A stretch of DNA of 64,000 bases from Parachlamydiales bacterium (lineage in GTDB: Bacteria; Chlamydiota; Chlamydiia; Chlamydiales; Rhabdochlamydiaceae), in NCBI GenBank assembly GCA_020053915.1, contig JAGVMG010000043.1, forward strand, positions 7,184 to 71,183, read 5' to 3'. Below are positions 50,900 to 61,085 of the stretch, in pieces. A program made the translations under genes and the position numbers. The notes beneath the pieces are model-generated. The model had not been told where the DNA came from. It searched no databases and saw nothing but the letters and a program-made list of their open reading frames with translations. The first letter of the stretch is position 1. Each line of letters starts with the position of its first letter.

Positions 50900-52399
50900 A
50901 TGACTGCAATATCAAAGTTTTCTGATTTTGTGCGCATCAGTGAACAAGTCCTTAACTCTCCGCAGAAACAACGCTTGGTCCTGGATAGCACGGGCAAAGT
51001 TGTGACTTCGGGAACTTCTCGGTATTTTCGCCCAGATAGCCAAGCTATTGAAGAGAACCGGCGTGTTTGGAGTTCTTTTCTCAATTGTCTAAGGACGACG
51101 CTCGGTGATCAGAAGCTTCAGCGTATTGCCGAAAGATATCAAATTAACTTTCATGAAATCCAACGCAAGGGAGATCCTCTCTTACCCGAGCTTGTCGAAA
51201 AAATTTCTATTGGAGCAACCCGCACGCTCTCAACCGACTTAAAAGCCAATAAGTTCCAGCGTTTAAAACGGCTGACGACAGAGCAGATTAACAATCTTTT
51301 TGCTCAGAAGACTTGCCCTATCGTGGGCGACCCCATGAATCCCTATTATGTCTATGGCGGTCCAACACAAAAACGCGCTTGGCTCATTCATAATCCTCTA
51401 TTGATGGACAAAGAGCTTCACTTTCTTAGTACGCAGATCGATAAAATTTCTTTTTCCGCCTGGCGAGAACGTCTATGTAAGACGATGATCAATAAAGAGC
51501 TGATGGAAAAACAGATTCTTCCTGCTCCGGGAGCCAATGGACGTGTAGAATACTACAAGGTCTATCGCAAAATCTCCGGAGATGGGCTTGTCGCCTACGC
51601 TTTAAAACCTGTTGGTTCTGATTCAACACTCCCACCTCTTGTTGTGTTTAGACCTACGCAAGTGGCTCTCTCTTACGAAGACATGATCGATTCTCTGATG
51701 AACGATCTGCAGTTGAGAATTGGGGAAATGGGATATGCTCCAGCTAAGCCTAAGTTAGATGCTTTGATGAAAGATCCTCATTTCTGTCGTCCAGGCAAAA
51801 AAGTAGCGGTTGCAGGCTATAGCTTAGGCGGAACTCACGCGCAGTGGTTTACATATGATCACTGGAAAAGAATTTCGAAGGCTTGCTTTTATAATGCTCC
51901 TAGCGTGCATGAGGAAATGGCGGAAGATTTTGCAAGACAAGTGAATGCTTCACCTTTAACGAAGTTGAAAATCAGAATCAAGCGTGTGGTCGCAGGTGTT
52001 CAAGGGGATTGGGCTCACTTTCTCGGAGGCAAGCACCTCGGATGGGGACTCAAACGCAAAAATCTGGTTAAGCTTACAGAGTATAACTGTGTTTCAAGAA
52101 CGATTTCCTCGTTATTCGATCGCATCTGGTTGCACACTCGAAGAGTGGTCGACAATGATAATAATCATTTCTCTCCGACTGTTGTAGACCCGAAGGTTTT
52201 AGATGAGCATTTAGACAACGAAAGCCGTGGTCCTGCGATTTACTGGTATGAGAAAATGCGCCGCGTTTGGGGAGGAACTCTTTTACTTGTCCTTTCGGGA
52301 TTAAAGGTTTTCGCAAGGTGTGTTTACAAATGCACAGGGATCTCCCTCATTCGCAGCAGCCAGCCTTTCAAAAGTTCGGTATCGGTTACTTCACAGTGA
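50900..52399 (+). CDS. hypothetical protein with lipase-type alpha/beta-hydrolase nucleophile elbow
   Basis: 499 aa. KVAVAGYSLGGTHAQW (GxSxG). No signal peptide is evident. C-terminal hydrophobic segment GGTLLLVLSGLKVF. Confidence 0.6.
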   Translation: MTAISKFSDFVRISEQVLNSPQKQRLVLDSTGKVVTSGTSRYFRPDSQAIEENRRVWSSFLNCLRTTLGDQKLQRIAERYQINFHEIQRKGDPLLPELVEKISIGATRTLSTDLKANKFQRLKRLTTEQINNLFAQKTCPIVGDPMNPYYVYGGPTQKRAWLIHNPLLMDKELHFLSTQIDKISFSAWRERLCKTMINKELMEKQILPAPGANGRVEYYKVYRKISGDGLVAYALKPVGSDSTLPPLVVFRPTQVALSYEDMIDSLMNDLQLRIGEMGYAPAKPKLDALMKDPHFCRPGKKVAVAGYSLGGTHAQWFTYDHWKRISKACFYNAPSVHEEMAEDFARQVNASPLTKLKIRIKRVVAGVQGDWAHFLGGKHLGWGLKRKNLVKLTEYNCVSRTISSLFDRIWLHTRRVVDNDNNHFSPTVVDPKVLDEHLDNESRGPAIYWYEKMRRVWGGTLLLVLSGLKVFARCVYKCTGISLIRSSQPFKSSVSVTSQ

Positions 52400-55304
52400 C
52401 AAACGATCCTAAGTTTCGGACATCTTCCTTAGAAATGCGCTCATAGCGAAAATCGTTTTCCGGCGCTAAAACTCCTTCGACTAACACTGCTAAGCGACGG
52501 GCATTTTCTCGGGAGAGATATTCCGCTGCCAACGTGCAGAATTGATCGTAGGTTAAATTTTTTGCACTTTGAACGCGTTGATTGATCCAATCGAAGTCTT
52601 GATAGTCAAAGGCAAGTTTATTCAATCTAGCTGCCATACCCGGCATATTTTCAGGAGGCATTTGCAGCAACGTGATCACATTCGTGCGGATTTTTTCAAA
52701 GCGCTCTTCAGGAATTTTCATTTTGAGATTTTTATGGAAGTCCTCAATGAACAGCTCAAACCGAGCGAGAAGCTCTGGTGGCTGGTGTGTGCTGGATTGC
52801 ACGGCAAAATATTGAAGCAGTTGCCGCTCTTCCTCCGCTTCCCAGGCTTTAGCGATGTAGGCTGTTTGCTGTTTGGTGCGCAGAGCGTCAAAAAAAGCAT
52901 CGCTTAATGCAGCGCCGAGAATCTGCTGCGCCGCGCGTTTTTCAAAGGAGAATCCTCCCTCTTCGATGAGCAGCATGACAGCATTTCCTTGCCTGTCGGT
53001 ATCGTGCACAAGCATGTAGGGTCCATACTTTTCAGAAAGGACGAGCACTTGTTTTTGGTGTTGTTTATCGGTTGGATAAGGAGAGGTGTCTAAAGCGGAT
53101 TTTAACTGACTCCACAGAGTTTCAACTTCAGTTTGAGAGAGATTGCCAACGAGCATTCCATTGACATAGGTGGAGGAGAACAAGTTTTTAGAAAAAGCCA
53201 TGAAATCATCATAGGAGACTTGCTTGATTGTCTTAAGTAGGTCTGTGCTTGTCGGTGCATTAAAGATAATGCTGCTTAAAAGCTCAGAGGCTTGACGGAC
53301 GGGTAGCTCTTTCGAGGCGTTATCGTAATCCGCGGCAAGAGAGGTGCGGTAGATCTCAAACTGCTCTACGGAAGGCGCGACAAATTTTAAAGCTCCAAAA
53401 ACTGTTGTCAATAGCAAGGGGGCTTTATCACTGTATCCTTGCATGGAGATTTTCAAAGCGAGGTCTGAAGAAGAAAATCCGGCAGAGATTCCGGCATTAC
53501 GCGCAAAAAAGAGGGTAGAGGAGAGTTTTTCTTTGAGCGCACGGATATAGAGGGCAGTGAGCACTTGAGACTTGGCTGTGTTGTCGATCAAGGGAGTTTT
53601 AAGCGTTAAGATGGATGCGATTTCTGGAACGTGGTACCGCGTGTCCTCTGCGTAATAGATCTCTCCAAAAGCATCTTGCGAAAGCAGCTGGGGATTGAGG
53701 TTGCTTCCTGTTTCAGATTTTGAAACAAGAGCGAGTTGTGTGGGAACAAACGGGTTTTTAGGTGGGAGCTGAATTTTTGGTGAGGGTTGAGCTTCTGTCC
53801 AGGCTGTCATCCGCGAAGGAGAGATCTCTTTGATCGCATATTGCGCACTCATCCATTTTTCTGTTGCATCTGGGAGCACGCCTGTTTTGGAAGGATCTGC
53901 TAAGACAAAATACACACAAGAGTTTGGTGTGAGCGTTGCGATGAAAGCTTCGATGAATTTGGGATCGTAAACACTTGGAATTTTGGTTTTTTCTGGGAAT
54001 GTGGCGATCTCTTCATAGACCAAATCATCTGTTAATGCGACCACTGTATCGAAAGCATCATCGCGCGATTGGTATTGGTAGTTGAGCTGGTCCATCGTAC
54101 GCAGTTCATCAAAGAGGTATTGAGGCACTCCTTCTTTTTGCAGACGGGCGATGGCTTGATAGGTGCGTGTGATGATTGTATCTAAATGGGTCAATCCATA
54201 GTCTGTTAAAGAAAAATCAATCGAAAAGAGCTGGGTTTGATGGGAGAAGCGATCTGCAGAGACTTTGATCCCTTCTGCAAGTTTTCCCCGTTTTAGATCT
54301 GCGATCAAACTATTATCTCCCTCTTGACCGAGCGCATAAGCAACCATCTCCGCAGCTTTACGATCCATATCGGAAGCAAAGTCTCCTTCTACTTCCCATG
54401 TTAACGAAAGTTGTTTGATGTCCTTAATCGGCTTAATAAAGATCATATGTCCCCGCTGCTCCATTGACGTCATCTCAGTGGGGATATTGCGCTCTGTAAC
54501 GGGGACGTTGAGGACTCGAGAGAAGTCTTCGACCGCAAGCGCGCGCATTTGTTCGATCGGAAGAGGAGAGAGCATCACGAGATGCATCCTCTGGGCGCTA
54601 TACTCGCTGTGATACCAACTTTTTAATGCTGCTTGAGGAATTCCGGAAAGGGTTTGGGCGTTGCCTGTAGAAAAACCGCTGTTGGGGTGATTCGGATTTC
54701 CGGTTTCTTTAAACACCATGTATTGGCGCCAGCCATCATGCTCGATATTTTTCGCATGTTCTTGATCCACTGCATGTAGTTCTCTGTTGATGCAATTGGG
54801 CTGAAAGAGAGGATCGATGAAAAAGTGGGAAAATCGGTCTAAGGCTTGTGCAAAAGCATCGTTATTGATGGAAAACATGTAGACAGTGCGGTCAGAGGCG
54901 GTATAGGCGTTGACATTGCCCCCGTGATCCTTAATGAATTGCATGTATTCAAATTCTTTTGGATACGCTGCCGTTCCCATAAATAACATGTGCTCTAAAA
55001 AATGGGCCATCCCTGGATATTCTTTCGGATCTTGCCAAGAACCCGCTTCAACTGCAAGACCTGCCGCCGATTGCTCAAATCCAGGATCGGAAACGAGATA
55101 AGCCTCTAAGCCATTATCGAGAATGATTTTTTCGATTGTTCTCCCTGAGAGAGCGGGATTCAGAAGGGGCAAGGTTGCTTGATCTTTGACGATAGTATAG
55201 CCAGTCTTTTGAGAGGCTAGCTCTTCTTCAGAAGAGTTAAGGGAAGTTAAGGCCAGTAGTAAAAATGGGAAGCTAAATTTTGAAACGCGTTCTGTATATT
55301 TCAT
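52386..55304 (-). CDS. M16 (insulinase/pitrilysin) family zinc protease
   Basis: HFLEHMLF (HxxEH) plus downstream E. 972 aa with an N-terminal signal-like segment. Confidence 0.9.
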   Translation of the reverse strand: MKYTERVSKFSFPFLLLALTSLNSSEEELASQKTGYTIVKDQATLPLLNPALSGRTIEKIILDNGLEAYLVSDPGFEQSAAGLAVEAGSWQDPKEYPGMAHFLEHMLFMGTAAYPKEFEYMQFIKDHGGNVNAYTASDRTVYMFSINNDAFAQALDRFSHFFIDPLFQPNCINRELHAVDQEHAKNIEHDGWRQYMVFKETGNPNHPNSGFSTGNAQTLSGIPQAALKSWYHSEYSAQRMHLVMLSPLPIEQMRALAVEDFSRVLNVPVTERNIPTEMTSMEQRGHMIFIKPIKDIKQLSLTWEVEGDFASDMDRKAAEMVAYALGQEGDNSLIADLKRGKLAEGIKVSADRFSHQTQLFSIDFSLTDYGLTHLDTIITRTYQAIARLQKEGVPQYLFDELRTMDQLNYQYQSRDDAFDTVVALTDDLVYEEIATFPEKTKIPSVYDPKFIEAFIATLTPNSCVYFVLADPSKTGVLPDATEKWMSAQYAIKEISPSRMTAWTEAQPSPKIQLPPKNPFVPTQLALVSKSETGSNLNPQLLSQDAFGEIYYAEDTRYHVPEIASILTLKTPLIDNTAKSQVLTALYIRALKEKLSSTLFFARNAGISAGFSSSDLALKISMQGYSDKAPLLLTTVFGALKFVAPSVEQFEIYRTSLAADYDNASKELPVRQASELLSSIIFNAPTSTDLLKTIKQVSYDDFMAFSKNLFSSTYVNGMLVGNLSQTEVETLWSQLKSALDTSPYPTDKQHQKQVLVLSEKYGPYMLVHDTDRQGNAVMLLIEEGGFSFEKRAAQQILGAALSDAFFDALRTKQQTAYIAKAWEAEEERQLLQYFAVQSSTHQPPELLARFELFIEDFHKNLKMKIPEERFEKIRTNVITLLQMPPENMPGMAARLNKLAFDYQDFDWINQRVQSAKNLTYDQFCTLAAEYLSRENARRLAVLVEGVLAPENDFRYERISKEDVRNLGSFVTVK

Positions 55305-55327
55305 AGGTCAAACTCCCTGCCTCTATT

Positions 55328-56356
55328 TTATATCTTAAATGTATCATAAGCTTGCTTGACTAAATTGCAAATATAACTGGCTCGAGCTTGGCGCCGTTCT
55401 TGTTTAACAGGGATTTCAGCTCCTGGAAAATGCTCCATATCGATCCGTTCGCCGAAAGCGAGGTGGATGCCGCCGCGTTTTGCAATACGCGCCTCTCCCA
55501 GCTCGACTTGGACTGTCTGGGGAGGGGGGAGGAGATCATAGGTGCGCAATGCCAAAGGATAAAAGTGGGTCGGGTGTCCCGCTCTCTTTGCCATGAGGTA
55601 GAACATCTCAATACTTTGTGCATCAAAGGGTGCGATCTCGACAATTCCTTCCGCATTTGGGCGATCCCTTCCGCCGCTGGGAGCAACATAGATCGCTTTC
55701 CCTCCTTCACTTAACAGTTCGCTCATCAGTTCCATCGTCCGCTTGTTATGAAGCTGCTTATCGCGTTTAAGTTCAGGAGGATGATCAATATATCTTTTTG
55801 AATAAATGCACAAAAGATCGCATCCTTTACTAAATGGTACCGCAAGAGGATCTGTGATCACCCGTTCTCCCGCGACGAAGATCAATTTTTCTCCAAAGGA
55901 AGGGTCGATCTCTTCGAGTAGGATGCTAATTGCCTGCGGATCTGCTTCGATTTGGTGGTTGGCAAGAAAGATTGCATTTTCCCCTTTTTCTAAAGAAGAA
56001 CAAAGGGATTTAAAATGTTCGATTCCCTGAACTGTAGACTTTTCTTTTTCGACAAGAGGGCGGATAAAATCGAGCCCGAATGTATAGTAATCGATTGGGG
56101 AGCGGATCTTTTGGTGATAAGGCTGAAAGAGATGTGGCTCAATGCATTGCTCGCGGATCATGCGAGCAAGCGAAATAAAGAGATCAAGATGCGTCTCTGA
56201 GCTGCAGCCATGAGCTGTCAATGCCGCGACATATCCTTCGTAAAACTGCTTAAACAATTCCTGATACTTATCAGGAATGGAAGGATCTTGCACATAGGGT
56301 TTAATCTTTGTCCAATACGCGGCAAATGAAGAATTAGGTGTCGAGTTTTTTTCCAT
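55328..56356 (-). CDS. glycerol-3-phosphate acyltransferase, soluble plant-plastid (ATS1) type
   Basis: ANHQIEADPQ (HX4D), VAPSGGRDR. The size and N-terminal helical domain are typical of ATS1-like GPAT. Confidence 0.8.
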   Translation of the reverse strand: MEKNSTPNSSFAAYWTKIKPYVQDPSIPDKYQELFKQFYEGYVAALTAHGCSSETHLDLFISLARMIREQCIEPHLFQPYHQKIRSPIDYYTFGLDFIRPLVEKEKSTVQGIEHFKSLCSSLEKGENAIFLANHQIEADPQAISILLEEIDPSFGEKLIFVAGERVITDPLAVPFSKGCDLLCIYSKRYIDHPPELKRDKQLHNKRTMELMSELLSEGGKAIYVAPSGGRDRPNAEGIVEIAPFDAQSIEMFYLMAKRAGHPTHFYPLALRTYDLLPPPQTVQVELGEARIAKRGGIHLAFGERIDMEHFPGAEIPVKQERRQARASYICNLVKQAYDTFKI

Positions 56357-57863
56357 TGATTGTCGAGAAAAATTGGTACTCGTTTAAGTGCAGGGTATCA
56401 TTTGTATTAAAGCGAATTTGCGCATTGCTTTTTTCTGCAATTTTGCGGAAAAAATCTTTGTCGTGATGAGCTAGGAAGTGATCGAGGTCTGGGTGAGAAA
56501 TGAGTTCCAATCCAAACTGCTGGTGTTGGGAAATTAACTTTTTTAAAGCCCGTTCGATCTCAATAGCAATGCTCTCGTGGCTCTTAATCTGACCGCTGCC
56601 GCTGCAGTAAGGGCATTGAGTAAAGACTGTCTGTACTAAGGATTCCCGGTTGCGTTGACGTGTCATTTCCACGAGTCCAAATTCGCTCATTCCGAGGATT
56701 GTGCATTTGGCAGAATCATCCTTCATCGCCTCTTTCAGGCGATCGAGCACACGCCGTTGATTTTTACGCGAGCGCATATCGATAAAGTCGCAGATCACTA
56801 GACCCCCGATATTGCGGATTCTCAGCTGGCGAGCGATCTCTTCGGCAGCTTCCATGTTGATCCGCACGAGAGCTTCTTCCACATCGGTTGTCTGCGTGCT
56901 GCTTCTGCCTGAGTTCACGTCGATGGTGTACATCGCTTCTGTGCGATCGAGGAACAAATACCCGCCGCTATTGAGCCAAATTTTACGGCGCAGAGCGCGA
57001 TCGATATCCCGTTCGACGTTAAAGCGCTCGAACATGGGCGATTTGTCTCTGTATAGCTCGATTTTCAAAGGGTGTTCGTTAGCATATTTTTCATAGAGCT
57101 GTTTACATCTTTGGAAGGTGGCGTAATCATCGACTAAGATCCGGTCAAACTTTTTGTCGACAGCCGTGATCACTGCGCGTTTGATCAGATCCGATTCTTC
57201 AAATAAACAGGTGGGTCGCGATGCTTTTTGAAATTTATCCATGATCCCTTGCCATGTATTCAAGAGATCGGTTGCCTCAGCAATGAGCATGTCGGGAGAA
57301 GCGTTGACGCTCGCTGTGCGGCAGATCAATCCCATGTCTTTGGGCATTTCAAAGGCGCGGATCAGCTTCTTTAATCGATCGCGCGACGCGGGATCTTCAA
57401 TTTTACGCGAAACCCCGCGATGAGGCGTATTGGGAAGAAGAACTAAATATCTTCCAGCAATGGAGATGTTGGAGGTGAGTCGTGCTCCCTTAGTCCCAAT
57501 CGGTTCTTTCACAACCTGGACTAAAACGGGTTGGTCGTTTTTGAGTAGTTTTGAGATCTCAGTTTCTTTTTGTTGCTTTGTTTGAGAAGCGCCTTCCCAC
57601 TCAAAGTCCATCTCGAACATTTCCTGAAATTTCGCTGTGTTTTCCAGAATATCGGAGATGTGAATAAAACCGTTTTCTCCTTCATTGATGTCAACGAATG
57701 CCGATTGGATGTTGCGCAAGATGTTGGTCACTTTGCCGCGGTAGACATTGCCTGTGAGCTGCCGGTTCTTCTTTCGCTCAATGATCAGGTCGCTCAAAAT
57801 GCCATTTTTAAGGAGGGCGTAACGGATCTCTTTGGATTCGATGTTTAATAGGATTTCTTGCAT
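56334..57863 (-). CDS. ribonuclease G/E family (Rne/Rng)
   Basis: S1 domain (GNVYRGKVTNILRNIQSAFVDI), DNase I-like region (IDVNSG) and zinc link (CPYCSGSG). Confidence 0.9.
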   Translation of the reverse strand: MQEILLNIESKEIRYALLKNGILSDLIIERKKNRQLTGNVYRGKVTNILRNIQSAFVDINEGENGFIHISDILENTAKFQEMFEMDFEWEGASQTKQQKETEISKLLKNDQPVLVQVVKEPIGTKGARLTSNISIAGRYLVLLPNTPHRGVSRKIEDPASRDRLKKLIRAFEMPKDMGLICRTASVNASPDMLIAEATDLLNTWQGIMDKFQKASRPTCLFEESDLIKRAVITAVDKKFDRILVDDYATFQRCKQLYEKYANEHPLKIELYRDKSPMFERFNVERDIDRALRRKIWLNSGGYLFLDRTEAMYTIDVNSGRSSTQTTDVEEALVRINMEAAEEIARQLRIRNIGGLVICDFIDMRSRKNQRRVLDRLKEAMKDDSAKCTILGMSEFGLVEMTRQRNRESLVQTVFTQCPYCSGSGQIKSHESIAIEIERALKKLISQHQQFGLELISHPDLDHFLAHHDKDFFRKIAEKSNAQIRFNTNDTLHLNEYQFFSTINGKKLDT

Positions 57864-57983
57864 GGGGCCCTTATCAAATTTAAATTTTTCTGAGGATGGA
57901 AGCCTTCTGCTAAGAAGACGCCTAATTATGTCCCCGGGAAATAGGGGATCATAGCCAAGTGGCTAATCTTTTTCCATAAAAAA

Positions 57984-58988
57984 TTAAGAAAGTAATTGCC
58001 GCTTGACCCGCTCGAGAAAGCCGTGGTCTACGAGGCGGATGGCGCTCGTGATCGTGTGCTTCATGCTTTGAGGGGAAGAGTTTCCGTGGCACTTCATGAC
58101 AATTCCATCGACGCCGCACAAAAGGGCGCCAGGATATTCTGCGTAATGGAGACGATGCCGCATTTCAGCGAGGACCCCTTTGAGGTGGGGTGAGCATTCT
58201 TCTTGGGCGATTTCCTCCAGCTGATCGAGAATGACAGCTGCGATCCCTTCTGCGGTTTTCAAGAAAATGTTTCCGGTAAACCCATCAGTGACTAGCACAT
58301 CAATCTTTCCTTGAAAGACGTCGCGCGCTTCGATGTTGCCGACAAACGCATCCATTGTGGAGAGCAGGCCGTGTGCTTCACGCAGTTCGGGTGTTCCCTT
58401 TTGCGCTTCTGCTCCGATGTTGAGCAAGCCCACTTTTGGCGCCACAATCCCACGGTTTTTTTGATAGGCGATGCCCATCGCGGCAAATTGAAGGAGATGT
58501 TCCGATTTAAAGCAAGTGTTTGCTCCGACATCGAGAACGGCGATATCTTGCTCGCGGGTGGGAAGAAGGGTGAGAAGAGCCGGGCGTGCGATGCCAGGTA
58601 GCATAGAGAGCTGCAATTTAGCGCATGCCATTAGGGCTCCCGTATTTCCCGCAGAAACAAAGGCGTTCAGTTTGCCTTCTTTTAGCATCTTTATTCCGAT
58701 GCAAATTGAAGAATTTTTTTTACGACGGATTGCTTTTAGAGGGTCATCATCCATAGAGATCACTTCTGTGACCTCATGGAAGATGAGGTGAGGGGGCGGA
58801 GACGAATAACCAAAAAAAAGGCCATGCGCACCAAAAACATGCAGCTTCACATGAGTGGGAAGCGTTTGAGCAAACGGAACGATTTCCCGCAGTAAATCTT
58901 CTGGAGGCGTATCACTCCCTAGAAGATCCACGCCAATAGGGCAATCGGTCGTTCCTTGAGAAGGGAAGTGGTTATTCTTCCCTTGCAT
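57984..58988 (-). CDS. plsX: phosphate acyltransferase PlsX
   Basis: GVDLLGSD, SAGNTGA, VKCHGNS. Overlaps the rpmF end. Confidence 0.9.
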   Translation of the reverse strand: MQGKNNHFPSQGTTDCPIGVDLLGSDTPPEDLLREIVPFAQTLPTHVKLHVFGAHGLFFGYSSPPPHLIFHEVTEVISMDDDPLKAIRRKKNSSICIGIKMLKEGKLNAFVSAGNTGALMACAKLQLSMLPGIARPALLTLLPTREQDIAVLDVGANTCFKSEHLLQFAAMGIAYQKNRGIVAPKVGLLNIGAEAQKGTPELREAHGLLSTMDAFVGNIEARDVFQGKIDVLVTDGFTGNIFLKTAEGIAAVILDQLEEIAQEECSPHLKGVLAEMRHRLHYAEYPGALLCGVDGIVMKCHGNSSPQSMKHTITSAIRLVDHGFLERVKRQLLS

Positions 58989-59154
58989 GGACTACCGCTC
59001 TGCCAGCATAAAATCCACAATGGGGGCAAATGCGGTGCGCAATGCGCGGCTTGCTGCAGTTAGAGCACTCAGAAACGTTCTGAGGTTTTTTAGCATGGTG
59101 AGAGCGACGAGAGTTTTTACGCGCGTTAGAAGTGCGGTTACGAGGAACTGCCAT
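58972..59154 (-). CDS. rpmF: 50S ribosomal protein L32
   Basis: MAVPRNRTSNARKNSRRSHHAKK plus CxxC...CxxC. Confidence 0.9.
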   Translation of the reverse strand: MAVPRNRTSNARKNSRRSHHAKKPQNVSECSNCSKPRIAHRICPHCGFYAGRAVVHAREE

Positions 59155-59256
59155 AAGTAGAATCTCCTGAGAAAATTAATGCACCGGTTATACTGAAAAT
59201 ACCATTTTTGTGAAAGCTATTTTTTATCTATCCTGAAACAACTTCAAGAATCGGTT

Positions 59257-59727
59257 TCAAGATAAGTCTGCAAAAGGAAAATGAACGGGTTGAGCTTCTG
59301 TTTTAGGTTTCTCTGAAGCGGGTTTGCTTAAATAGTTTTTTAACGTTTCTCTCTCAGGGCAATTGCCGTCGTGGCATTCTACAAACTGGGGAACTTGCAG
59401 CAGTAGGATTTCGCGGACATCGGGAGTTAAATCGTAAATTGCAGAGCGCACTTCAGCAAGAGGTACCGTGATGTATTCATCTTTAATGTGAATTAAAACT
59501 TTAGTAATATTGTTGCAAATCGCACACGGCATAAGAGCTGTTGTTTGCGCGTTGAGATGACCGATCAGATGGTCGTCTGCGAGGTAGATCTCGCCTGTGA
59601 CTTGTACATCTTCGGGAAAGGTTAGCTCCTCTTCTTTGACATCTAAGATCAAAGAGGAGAGGGTCAGAGAGACTTTTTCTTTATCCCCACCCTTTAAACG
59701 GTCAATATATACTTTTAATTGTTCCAT
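59257..59727 (-). CDS. yceD: YceD/DUF177 family protein
   Basis: Position upstream of rpmF-plsX. Cys pairs CAIC and C..C with an acidic pattern. Confidence 0.75.
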   Translation of the reverse strand: MEQLKVYIDRLKGGDKEKVSLTLSSLILDVKEEELTFPEDVQVTGEIYLADDHLIGHLNAQTTALMPCAICNNITKVLIHIKDEYITVPLAEVRSAIYDLTPDVREILLLQVPQFVECHDGNCPERETLKNYLSKPASEKPKTEAQPVHFPFADLS

Positions 59728-59997
59728 AGAATCTCATTTTCTGAGTTGTATTTATTTTTTAGGCAGCGGAATGCGGCCAAATTGAGGTTAAGACATCTTT
59801 GTACTTCGGCAAAAAAGTCTGTTAGTCGGGCATTCATAAGAGGAGGGAGAAGCGATTCGAAATTTAATATTGGTCCCGCTGACATGTTCTCTCGCTTGTT
59901 TCGGTATCATCTTCTAAAATTCTAGAAAAAACTTGGCTTCAATGAGAGATATTATAAAGAATGGCGCTGTTTTAGAATAGGGGGATGTTTAGGAATT

Positions 59998-61077
59998 CTA
60001 TGATCTTTTGAGAATACCGAGCGCGCGGTTCGCATCCAGAGATGAAATACAGGCAGATAGAGTCGTGAGTGATTCTCGATCGAAGAGGTGCTCGTTTGCC
60101 CAATCAAAATCGGGTTCTCCAGCTATTTCCTTTTGATAGGCTGTTGCAAACTGAGCTAAAACGCACAATCGGGCATGCGAGGGCAATGTGTCTAGATGAT
60201 TGATAATTATATTTTTTTCATTCTTTAAGGATTCTTCGGAAAGCGTATCCCACTGATTTAGAAGGATGGTGAGGCTGTGTTCGCAGATTTTCTGGATACG
60301 TAAAAAGCTTAAGATGGGATTGTACTCAGCTAGAGAAGTGTCTTTTAGAGCTGTTCGAAATATTTTTAGCTGCTCGGAAGTGGTGTCGAATAATGTTTCG
60401 TACCATTTTAAGAGGGTCTCGTTAGTGCGCTTGCCGGGAAAGCGCGTTTGAATCACTTGTTGTACTATTCTCGAAGACGCGCGCATTCTTTGAGCAATTG
60501 TGCTTAAAACATTCTCAATGAGATCTTCAGGCGAATGATCGATACTCTCGATGATGGAAAGAATGAGGTCTCGTGTTTCATTGATGTGCGCTGGATCTGC
60601 TAACTTTATAAGCTCTTCGTTCTGGGGGTCAATGTGCAGTGCTCGGTACGCGTCGATGACCGATCTGCCGATCTTTGGCCAATGTGGGAGTGTGTTTAGG
60701 TGGGGCTTTAAAGAGAAGCATGCGCTGGAACGTGTTTGATGGAGTTTTGCGAAGAGGATGAGATTTAGTTCTTCATGGAAGATGCCAAATTTTTGTCGTT
60801 CTCGTTTTTTACATTCCTTAAACCGCGCCTTATATTCTGCAATGAAGGGGGAAGGAGATTCAAACGAGGCTTTGATCCCAGCTTTTTTATGCAAGAGCAG
60901 AGTAGAGAATTGCGTGTGCCATGTCGTTATTTCTTGTTGAAGTTCATCTGAGGGGAAATCATATTGCGATGCACGCGTAAGCAAGGTCTGCGTTTCTTGT
61001 TCTGCAGTGGAGAGAAGTGTATTATAGTTGGAAATCAATGTGCTTAAGGACTGACCTGATAATGCATCTAGCGCCAT
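59998..61077 (-). CDS. hypothetical protein
   Basis: 359-aa ORF, helical-looking, no signal peptide, no family recognised. Confidence 0.55.
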   Translation of the reverse strand: MALDALSGQSLSTLISNYNTLLSTAEQETQTLLTRASQYDFPSDELQQEITTWHTQFSTLLLHKKAGIKASFESPSPFIAEYKARFKECKKRERQKFGIFHEELNLILFAKLHQTRSSACFSLKPHLNTLPHWPKIGRSVIDAYRALHIDPQNEELIKLADPAHINETRDLILSIIESIDHSPEDLIENVLSTIAQRMRASSRIVQQVIQTRFPGKRTNETLLKWYETLFDTTSEQLKIFRTALKDTSLAEYNPILSFLRIQKICEHSLTILLNQWDTLSEESLKNEKNIIINHLDTLPSHARLCVLAQFATAYQKEIAGEPDFDWANEHLFDRESLTTLSACISSLDANRALGILKRS

Positions 61078-61085
61078 GACTTTGC

